Part shown: positions 14,286 to 20,000 of the stretch, piece by piece
Numbering within the stretch: the stretch's first letter is position 1
How the letters are laid out: the number at the start of each line of letters is the position of its first letter
DNA from: an uncultured virus (IMG/VR IMGVR_UViG_3300010226_000003)
Lineage: Duplodnaviria > Heunggongvirae > Uroviricota > Caudoviricetes
Virus record (IMG/VR): IMGVR_UViG_3300010226_000003
Length of the DNA: 20,000 bases
Reading direction: 5' to 3' (one strand)
Notes under the pieces: model-generated
Told to the model about the DNA's origin: nothing
Databases searched by the model: none
The model's input: the letters and a program-made list of their open reading frames with translations, nothing else
Translations under genes and position numbers: made by a program

Positions 14286-14412
14286 AGATGATTCTTTCTG
14301 CATTGCATTGTGGGCAGAGATTCTTGTCATAACCATTATAGGTGCGAAGGTGGCCGGTTAGCTTATTCCGACCACACTTACACTTACCTAAGTTCCGCTG
14401 CCTCGTCCTCAC
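14200..14412 (-). CDS. Hypothetical Cys-rich protein
   Basis: CKCG...CPQC; GAGGA RBS. Confidence 0.5.
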   Translation of the reverse strand: MRTRQRNLGKCKCGRNKLTGHLRTYNGYDKNLCPQCNAERIIYEITGRSAADHLDSNRSAEQCGTDDCAE

Positions 14413-14638
14413 TCAATTCCTCAAGGTAGTCAGGATCGTTCTTCAACTCACCGTACCCGTCAATATCGTACTTGACAAGCAGGTTGAAGTAAGCAGACTC
14501 ATCTACTGTATCCCAGTCGCCATCTCTGATGGTTCGATACAGCTTCTCGATGACTTCCTTGCGCTTGTCTTCTGGGACATACTCTAGCATGAGGTCTAGA
14601 GGACCGTCAAAGAACTCTGTTCCACCGGCCCATCCCAT
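14384..14638 (-). CDS. Hypothetical protein
   Basis: MGWAGGTEFFD...; TAATG coupling. Confidence 0.7.
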   Translation of the reverse strand: MGWAGGTEFFDGPLDLMLEYVPEDKRKEVIEKLYRTIRDGDWDTVDESAYFNLLVKYDIDGYGELKNDPDYLEELSEDEAAELR

Positions 14639-14916
14639 TACCAGCACACCTCAATCAGATACTTGCCAGAAGGAAGAACCTCTCGCTTGACAAGTTCACC
14701 AACGATGTTACGTGCGGAAGCGTATCGCATCCCTTCGGCATCTTCGGTGCCATCTTCACCAAGACCATCAAGATCAGGATGAATCACGTGAGCAGTGTCA
14801 TTGCTGCATTCCTCCGCAGCAACAAAATCCCATGGGGTGCCGAATTCCTTTTCGACAAGCTCATTGAGATCGAATGCGTCCATCGTGTAATAGACTTCGC
14901 GCTTCGGGTTAAACAT
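14638..14916 (-). CDS. Hypothetical protein (paralog of 14919-15302)
   Basis: Ends LPSGKYLIEVCW; start probably MFNPK. Confidence 0.7.
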   Translation of the reverse strand: MFNPKREVYYTMDAFDLNELVEKEFGTPWDFVAAEECSNDTAHVIHPDLDGLGEDGTEDAEGMRYASARNIVGELVKREVLPSGKYLIEVCW

Positions 14917-14918
14917 TG

Positions 14919-15302
14919 TCACCACCAAACGATAATGCGGTACTTGCCCGCAGGAATGTGACCTTCATGACAAAGCCAGTTCAGCATCAGTTCAGCGCCA
15001 GGATCAGCATACTCTTCCCGAGGCATTCCCTCAGCCTTGAACTTCTCGATCAAAGCCTTGGCCTGATCGTAGGTATGCCCTTCGTCCATCCAAAGAGCGT
15101 TTACCTCTTCACCTTCATCATTGAGACCATCGTACACCTCTCCGCCATTGACGTCAAAGTCATGGTAGGTGTCCTGAGCAGGGAAGCCCATAGCGGCTCC
15201 ACCTTCCCACTTCTGGCCGTAAAGATTCCGAATGAACTCTTCCATGTCGATGTAATGCCACTCAAGACGAGTAACCTCTTCGGGGAGAACGCTATGAATC
15301 AC
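14919..15302 (-). CDS. Hypothetical protein (paralog of 14638-14916)
   Basis: Ends IPAGKYRIIVWW; GTGA coupling. Confidence 0.75.
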   Translation of the reverse strand: MIHSVLPEEVTRLEWHYIDMEEFIRNLYGQKWEGGAAMGFPAQDTYHDFDVNGGEVYDGLNDEGEEVNALWMDEGHTYDQAKALIEKFKAEGMPREEYADPGAELMLNWLCHEGHIPAGKYRIIVWW

Positions 15303-15505
15303 TTCTTATCCTTTGGTAGATTCGGGTCCTTCATAATCTTGCTTACTTCTAGAAGTTCCTTCTCGCCGCGCTTTGTTCTTCCCTTGGCATGCAGGAGTAG
15401 CGCTAGCAATAGGGCTTCACCAGTGTGGACATTGCCACTCTTGTCATACATGTAAGCCCGGTCCATCACACGATTGCCAGGCTTAATCCACTTCTTTTGA
15501 CTCAT
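15299..15505 (-). CDS. Hypothetical basic protein
   Basis: 68 aa tiling ORF. Confidence 0.6.
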   Translation of the reverse strand: MSQKKWIKPGNRVMDRAYMYDKSGNVHTGEALLLALLLHAKGRTKRGEKELLEVSKIMKDPNLPKDKK

Positions 15506-15620
15506 ATAGTCCCAACTCCTCAGTAATTTCTACAAGGAGACAGGGAGCACAGACGCCATCTTCCATGTAGTCGTCTTCACTGTAGTGCGGTCCACAACGA
15601 GTGCATACGGTATAGAACAT
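15483..15620 (-). CDS. Small Zn-ribbon protein, 45 aa
   Basis: MFYTVCTRCG...GVCAPCL; TGATG coupling; GGAGGG RBS. Confidence 0.6.
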   Translation of the reverse strand: MFYTVCTRCGPHYSEDDYMEDGVCAPCLLVEITEELGLYESKEVD

Positions 15621-15964
15621 CAGCCCTCCGTGTCTTGCTCTGTCTTGTAAGAATCATACAGGGCTTGAGCGTCCTGTGTCAACCCCTCCTTGTCCATCAA
15701 ATGACCAATGCCCTTCGCTAGAGCGTTCAGCTTCTCGTTCGTTGCATCTTCAAAGCGCTGCTGTGTGTTTTGCAGCAATGCAACAAGCAGGAAGGTGATG
15801 ATAGTTGTCAGGGTATTGATTATTAGCTGCCAGGTGTCAATGTTTCCTACTATGAAGAAACTTGGTACCCACAGCAAAACGATAAGAACGCAGGCAGCAA
15901 AGAAGGCCGCATGAGAAACCACACGGCCTATCTTGTCTGCGAACTTATTGAACCATGCATTCAT
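15620..15964 (-). CDS. Low-affinity iron permease (Fet4-like) family protein
   Basis: F-x2-FA...DTWQLIINTLTTIITFLLVALLQNTQ-x-R...KL signature; real start ATG 15964 (the longer ORF runs through tRNA-Ser). Confidence 0.85.
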   Translation of the reverse strand: MNAWFNKFADKIGRVVSHAAFFAACVLIVLLWVPSFFIVGNIDTWQLIINTLTTIITFLLVALLQNTQQRFEDATNEKLNALAKGIGHLMDKEGLTQDAQALYDSYKTEQDTEG

Positions 15965-15981
15965 GATTCCAGTATAACACG

Positions 15982-16072
15982 CGGAAGTGACAGGATTCGA
16001 ACCTGCGGAGCTACTTAATTCGCTCACATCATTAGCAGTGATGCGCCTTAAACCGGACTCAGCCACACTTCC
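15982..16072 (-). tRNA. tRNA-Ser(GCT)
   Basis: GGAAGTG/CACTTCC acceptor, G73; CATCA-CT GCT AA-TGATG; long variable arm; GCAGG-TTCGAAT-CCTGT. Confidence 0.92.
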
Positions 16073-16078
16073 AATGTC

Positions 16079-16306
16079 TCACTTAAGAGACTGACGCAGG
16101 CTTTCTTCCATTGATGTAATGAAGGACTGCGTATCCTTTTCCTTATTCGTGGGCACGAACACCCCACGACGCTCAACAAACTTGCCATTCTTGGTTACGA
16201 TGATGCCCCAAGTTTTGCCGTCACGACCCATGAAAAGCGGATCTCCGTCAGCAGACTCAAGTGACCATTCGTAACCACTCGGTGCCTTACCTATTGTATA
16301 TGCCAT
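16079..16306 (-). CDS. Hypothetical protein, 75 aa
   Basis: MAYTIGKAPSGYEW...; starts 1 nt after the tRNA-Leu discriminator. Confidence 0.65.
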   Translation of the reverse strand: MAYTIGKAPSGYEWSLESADGDPLFMGRDGKTWGIIVTKNGKFVERRGVFVPTNKEKDTQSFITSMEESLRQSLK

Positions 16307-16307
16307 G

Positions 16308-16381
16308 TAGCCCTGATGGGAGTCGAACCCACATTGACGCGGTGTTTGAGACCGCCGCATATACCATTCTGCTACAGGGCC
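16308..16381 (-). tRNA. tRNA-Leu(CAA), short variable region
   Basis: GGCCCTG/CAGGGCT acceptor, A73; GCGGT-CT CAA AC-ACCGC; GTGGG-TTCGACT-CCCAT. Confidence 0.88.
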
Positions 16382-16402
16382 AGGGCCTTTCGGCCTTACT
16401 TC

Positions 16403-16600
16403 TTAGTCATCAATATACTTGAGATCGCTTACGTTGTCAACACAGGCGTCCTCACCCCAGATCTTGCCAGAAGCAATACACTTCTGAGCAGTCTGACTCT
16501 TGAGATAATCACTGTAGTTGACGCTGAATCCGACTGCCGCAAACAATGCAATGAACACTGATGCGACAATGAGAGCGACCTTTACGTCATTCTTATCCAT
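16403..16600 (-). CDS. Small membrane protein
   Basis: MDKNDVKVALIVASVFIALFAAVGF...; two Cys in the C-terminal part; GGAGAG RBS. Confidence 0.65.
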   Translation of the reverse strand: MDKNDVKVALIVASVFIALFAAVGFSVNYSDYLKSQTAQKCIASGKIWGEDACVDNVSDLKYIDD

Positions 16601-16788
16601 CACCACTCTCCAGTGGTGCACATCTTGTTGATGCGCTCATTCAGTGCATCCATTTGCTCAATGGTTGCATTTGGATTCTGTGAAGAAAACCAAATCATTT
16701 CCTTTGCTGACTTCTCGATCCACTCATATGGAGCATCAGGGTGAACAAGGGCGATGCTTGCCGCAGCAATATCAATGAGACTAGGCAT
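16600..16788 (-). CDS. Hypothetical protein
   Basis: ~62 aa, overlaps the SprT stop. Confidence 0.6.
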   Translation of the reverse strand: MPSLIDIAAASIALVHPDAPYEWIEKSAKEMIWFSSQNPNATIEQMDALNERINKMCTTGEW

Positions 16789-17218
16789 TTGCAATCCAAT
16801 CTACTCGCTTTTGGTGAACGGCACAAACAAGGACTCTACCTCGCGCCGGTCGTCGGTAACGTGTTCCAGCCGTATGACCAGTAGGACAAACAGCCTTCCA
16901 CTTAGGCGTAGCAGGCTTATAGTTTTCACAGGTATTACCCGTGCAACCAATCTCAATTGCCTTAGCTCGCCAAACTGCATTGTGACCATGCCCCGGCCCA
17001 ACCAGAGCGTGTGCAATTTCATGTCTGATTACGTTGTCTACCTGAGACTCAGTGAGATTCGGAGTGCAGGTCTTTGACAGCTTAATCATCTTCTGAACGT
17101 GGTAAGTGGTTCCGTATGTCTTCACCATACGATTCCACCCAAATTCCCACCCTCGTGCGAGCAGGCCATAATCCCACATTAGATCGCGCGCAAGGCGCTC
17201 GGCTCGAATGAGATTCAC
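16781..17218 (-). CDS. SprT-like zinc metalloprotease
   Basis: VIRHEIAHAL (HExxH), GH-x3-W, C-terminal C..H/C..H Zn ribbon; start GTG 17218 after GAAGGG. Confidence 0.88.
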   Translation of the reverse strand: MNLIRAERLARDLMWDYGLLARGWEFGWNRMVKTYGTTYHVQKMIKLSKTCTPNLTESQVDNVIRHEIAHALVGPGHGHNAVWRAKAIEIGCTGNTCENYKPATPKWKAVCPTGHTAGTRYRRPARGRVLVCAVHQKRVDWIANA

Positions 17219-17241
17219 TTGAAACCCTTCGGTCGATGGAG

Positions 17242-17312
17242 TACCCACTAAGAGAATTGAACTCATGTCTCCTGCGTGTCGAGCAGGCGCTCTACCATTG
17301 AGCTAAGCGGGC
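17242..17312 (-). tRNA. tRNA-Val(GAC)
   Basis: GCCCGCT/AGTGGGT acceptor, A73; GCTC/GAGC D stem; CCTGC-TC GAC AC-GCAGG; ATGAG-TTCAATT-CTCTT. Confidence 0.8.
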
Positions 17313-17338
17313 TGGAGGAGTGTTGCCACTCCCATTGT

Positions 17339-17560
17339 TTAAACCGTCAGACGCTTCTTTACGCCGTTGTAGAGAACCTTCCAGTCCTCTTCTGTCTTGA
17401 CCTGACCTCGTTGCTCTTCAAACAAGGAGATATAGGCTTCGGCAGCCTTTCGCTGAGCCATATCAGCCTTACGAGCAACAAGCAAAAGCTCGATGACATC
17501 AAGAGTCATACTGCCAAGCTTCTTGCCAGTGTCAATGAGCTTCTTAAATTCCTGATCCAT
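17339..17560 (-). CDS. Hypothetical protein
   Basis: 73 aa, AAAGG RBS. Confidence 0.65.
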   Translation of the reverse strand: MDQEFKKLIDTGKKLGSMTLDVIELLLVARKADMAQRKAAEAYISLFEEQRGQVKTEEDWKVLYNGVKKRLTV

Positions 17561-17569
17561 GTGAACCTT

Positions 17570-17686
17570 TCAGAGAGTCCATCGTCCGGGTGCCTTTGCC
17601 ACTCGCATCATTGCCCATACAAAGACACCGAAACCTGCGAGTCCGATTGAACCGAGAACAATCAGAACTATTACCCACCAGCTCAT
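17570..17686 (-). CDS. Small membrane protein, 38 aa
   Basis: MSWWVIVLIVLGSIGLAGFGVFVWAMMRVAK...; GGAGG RBS; ATGA coupling. Confidence 0.65.
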   Translation of the reverse strand: MSWWVIVLIVLGSIGLAGFGVFVWAMMRVAKAPGRWTL

Positions 17687-17886
17687 TTAACCTCCCGATT
17701 AGGCGGATCGTAGGCCACGATCTTCTTTGTTGGAATCTTTACCCAGTCATACTTACCATCAAAATCTAGTGTGACAGATTTTCTGGTAAGCAACACCACT
17801 CTACCATACTTGTTTTTGTAGTTTATTGGCCCGATCCAATGATCTTCTACAACCATTGCCCAGCCGCCTACTCTTAGATATGCCAC
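17683..17886 (-). CDS. Hypothetical protein
   Basis: 67 aa; GTG start 1 nt after the tRNA-Leu discriminator (alternative ATG downstream). Confidence 0.6.
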   Translation of the reverse strand: MAYLRVGGWAMVVEDHWIGPINYKNKYGRVVLLTRKSVTLDFDGKYDWVKIPTKKIVAYDPPNREVK

Positions 17887-17887
17887 G

Positions 17888-17969
17888 TACGCCCACCGGG
17901 AGTCGAACCCGGACGCTCATTCGAGCCTAGAGTCTCAGTCTAGTGTGTCTGCCATTCCACCATGGGCGC
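17888..17969 (-). tRNA. tRNA-Leu(GAG)
   Basis: GCGCCCA/TGGGCGT acceptor, A73; CTAGA-CT GAG AC-TCTAG; variable arm GCTC-GAAT-GAGC; CCGGG-TTCGACT-CCCGG. Confidence 0.92.
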
Positions 17970-17995
17970 AATGCTCACCGAAGTGAGCCAGGATT

Positions 17996-18148
17996 TTACT
18001 CCTGAATTTCTTTCTGTGAAGCATTCACTCGCTTACCGTTGAGCTGTTCGATAGTGTAGTTAACCTTTCCGAACACCTCACTCTTAGCGATTACCTTGCC
18101 AAGCATCTTGGTCTTCTTCACGGTAACCATGTCACCGAGTTTAGCCAA
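17996..18148 (-). CDS. Small SH3/KOW-like protein, 50 aa
   Basis: TTG start; MAKLGDMVTVKKTKMLGKVIAK... Confidence 0.6.
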   Translation of the reverse strand: MAKLGDMVTVKKTKMLGKVIAKSEVFGKVNYTIEQLNGKRVNASQKEIQE

Positions 18149-18299
18149 CCTTTTTCACATCCTCTGGGTTACAGTATACATCTCCACCCTCGTTCAAGTC
18201 AACAAGCAACTTGCCGTGAGCAGTGACGAATGAAACCTTACCTCTTTTACCGTCGAGCTTACCGCGAGTAAACTCGACCCTATCACCCTTTTTATACAT
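18141..18299 (-). CDS. Small KOW-motif protein, 52 aa
   Basis: MYKKGDRVEFTRGKLDGKRGKV (KOW-like); TGATG coupling. Confidence 0.65.
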   Translation of the reverse strand: MYKKGDRVEFTRGKLDGKRGKVSFVTAHGKLLVDLNEGGDVYCNPEDVKKVG

Positions 18300-18697
18300 C
18301 AGTCGAAGGTAAATCCTGTAGAGCATTCCTTGATGATGCGGTCTTCCAGCTCTTGGAGCTGCTTACCAGTCAGATAACTCTTCGGACGCTTGTCCGTGAT
18401 CTGGCCATTGTAGTAGTAATAGATTTGATTGGCGCGAGTTCCGTGCTTGGTGTACGGAATCTTGTTGATTCGCGTCTTCTTGACAAACACGTACTCCATA
18501 TACACGTATCCATCTGGATTGGTGCCGATATAATGTGACTTATACCTGTCAGCAATCTCCATGCGTACGTAATATGGAGTGTTTAGCTTGCACCGATTGC
18601 ATGCCCACCGAAGTGCTTCAACTTCAAGCTTGCGACCGGCGCGTGAAGTGGCGCTAAGCGGATTACCAACGCCACTAAGGAAGTTCATGATTCCCAT
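18299..18697 (-). CDS. Hypothetical protein
   Basis: 132 aa, GAGGA RBS. Confidence 0.7.
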   Translation of the reverse strand: MGIMNFLSGVGNPLSATSRAGRKLEVEALRWACNRCKLNTPYYVRMEIADRYKSHYIGTNPDGYVYMEYVFVKKTRINKIPYTKHGTRANQIYYYYNGQITDKRPKSYLTGKQLQELEDRIIKECSTGFTFD

Positions 18698-18701
18698 TTA
18701 A

Positions 18702-19076
18702 TCAGTCCTCGTCAAAGAGTTCCTGGCCGTCCTTGACACAAACCCACTCGTTGTCGTGGCTCTTGTGACTCTTGGAATGGCCCTTCTTGTTCTTCTTAGA
18801 CTTCTTGTCCTTGTTCTTGCCACCGCCGAAAAGGCTTCCGAGACCAGAAGACTTCTTACCAGACTTCTTAGACTTTGAAGGCTTTGACTTTCCAGCAACA
18901 AAAGCCATCGGAGCCATGCTCAGATCTTCGAAGTCATCCTCTCGCATGACCTTGCCGTGAGCCTTGTCACACCGGCTCTGGAAGTCAGAAGGAGCAGTGT
19001 CCTTACAACCAACCAGACCGAAGGCAAGACCCCCGACGACAACGGATGAGACAGCGATGTTAGTCAGCTTGTTCAT
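18702..19076 (-). CDS. Putative lipoprotein with Lys/Ser-rich tract
   Basis: Signal peptide ending in lipobox LVG-C; K/S-rich low-complexity insert. Confidence 0.75.
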   Translation of the reverse strand: MNKLTNIAVSSVVVGGLAFGLVGCKDTAPSDFQSRCDKAHGKVMREDDFEDLSMAPMAFVAGKSKPSKSKKSGKKSSGLGSLFGGGKNKDKKSKKNKKGHSKSHKSHDNEWVCVKDGQELFDED

Positions 19077-19105
19077 TTCGACCCTTCGTCGTTGTTGTTG
19101 GTACT

Positions 19106-19134
19106 ACTCTATCGTGCTCAGTCTGTGCTGTCAA
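19106..19134 (-). promoter_or_regulatory. HrdB-type promoter with CAACAACGACGAAGGG leader
   Basis: TTGACA, 17 bp spacer, TAGAGT. Confidence 0.7.
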
Positions 19135-19351
19135 GGTACTCGAACTCGGGACCATCAAGGTACCGAGGGAACATGTGCTCCCTGACGTACTTCTCAAGAT
19201 ACACGTTCAGCCAAGCTTGCGCAAGAGCTTCGCTCTTAAAGCCAGACTTAATAGTCTCTTGACCGTTGTACATAACGCCGATGACTCGCCACTCTGTCAT
19301 GCTTGCGCGCCATGCGACGATGTTTGCAAACTTTTCTGGATTGGGCAACAT
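19118..19351 (-). CDS. Hypothetical protein
   Basis: 77 aa, TGATG coupling. Confidence 0.65.
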   Translation of the reverse strand: MLPNPEKFANIVAWRASMTEWRVIGVMYNGQETIKSGFKSEALAQAWLNVYLEKYVREHMFPRYLDGPEFEYLDSTD

Positions 19352-19539
19352 CAGTTCACCGTCACTTGAATGTCAGATCCTACTACGATCCACCAGAGCC
19401 ATATCCATCCAGCAGACCATGCCAATGCAATTATTCTTTGCACCGGGGTCATCTCTGCCGGGATAAAATTTATTGCAATTCCCATGAGCGCCAGCCAGCC
19501 AAACAACAGCGTGACTGTGATCATTCCTATGATTTCCAT
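19351..19539 (-). CDS. Small two-TM membrane protein
   Basis: Two hydrophobic segments; GGAGA RBS. Confidence 0.7.
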   Translation of the reverse strand: MEIIGMITVTLLFGWLALMGIAINFIPAEMTPVQRIIALAWSAGWIWLWWIVVGSDIQVTVN

Positions 19540-19554
19540 ACTTCTCCAAACAGA

Positions 19555-19578
19555 AGAAGGGGGCCGAAGCCCCCTTCT
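19555..19578 (-). terminator. UUCG hairpin terminator
   Basis: AGAAGGGGGC-TTCG-GCCCCCTTCT then TCTGTTT on the - strand, directly after the stop. Confidence 0.75.
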
Positions 19579-19579
19579 A

Positions 19580-19999
19580 TCAGAAGTTTCCGGGTGCTAC
19601 CTGGAAACAGTCTATGCCCATCGCACGCCACATGTCAACAACCTGCTGACGATCATCGTACACAGCCACAACATCGTAGATGCCACGAATGTGCTCATCG
19701 AACAGCTCTTGCTTGACGATGGAATCCTTGCGCATGTCCCCCTCAGAACGCATGTGCAATTCTGAGAAAGGAATGTCGTACAGCTCCAGCCAAGCGATTG
19801 TTTCATTACGACATGAGCCGTCTCGTCCGCTCATAACGATGATCTTGTATCCTGCCTTCGCGTGAGCCTGGGCAGTCAGAACAACCTGTCGTCGCGGATC
19901 ATCGTCGCCAACACCCTTCCAGTAGAAAGGATCACGCTCATTCATCTCAGCAAGGGTTCCGTCGATGTCAAAGAGGTAAACCTTCTCTGCACCTTCGGG
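19580..19999 (-). CDS. Polynucleotide kinase/phosphatase (PseT-like), HAD phosphatase domain; 5' end outside window
   Basis: Frame open to the window end: YLFDIDGTLA (DxDGT), MSGR, R-x-D-x-IVK, VYDDR and FQVAPGNF. Confidence 0.88.
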   Translation of the reverse strand, partial: PEGAEKVYLFDIDGTLAEMNERDPFYWKGVGDDDPRRQVVLTAQAHAKAGYKIIVMSGRDGSCRNETIAWLELYDIPFSELHMRSEGDMRKDSIVKQELFDEHIRGIYDVVAVYDDRQQVVDMWRAMGIDCFQVAPGNF

Positions 20000-20000
20000 A

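Noticed and set aside
15965..17266. ORF extensions to 16066, 16360 and 17266
   Set aside because: They read through tRNA genes; better starts exist downstream of each tRNA.
4950..19865. Numerous + strand ORFs in the right arm and - strand ORFs in the left arm
   Set aside because: Antisense shadows of well-supported genes, lacking RBS and motifs.
1..20000. Prophage or integrative element with att sites at tRNAs
   Set aside because: No integrase, no duplicated tRNA 3' ends and no host genes; content fits a free lytic phage genome.

Overview
Segment of a large lytic actinophage genome, most likely a Streptomyces siphovirus of the cluster BE/BK type. This assignment is inferred from gene content (Lsr2, WhiB, DUF932, NADAR, SprT, PseT-like kinase/phosphatase, dispersed tRNAs) and from HrdB-type promoters. 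There are three zones. (1) 1-3660: a + strand, GC-richer array of small cassettes, each built as hairpin / GCCGCCCCGG motif / sigma70-type promoter / gene; the last slot appears to hold a structured non-coding RNA. (2) About 3660-4860: a ~1.2 kb AT-rich non-coding convergence region with several families of short repeats, terminators and an inverted pair of perfect DnaA boxes (candidate origin and/or genome-end region). (3) 4862-20000: a dense - strand arm of about 50 small genes (NADAR, thioredoxin with an apparent ATT start, KTSC, WhiB, metallophosphoesterase, deaminase, iron-permease-like, SprT, lipoprotein, PNK phosphatase, many micro-proteins), five tRNAs (Gln, Ser, Leu x2, Val) and a D-arm-less tRNA-like element. 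Two 10-N scaffold gaps interrupt genes. All family calls come from motif recognition by eye; no database search was run.
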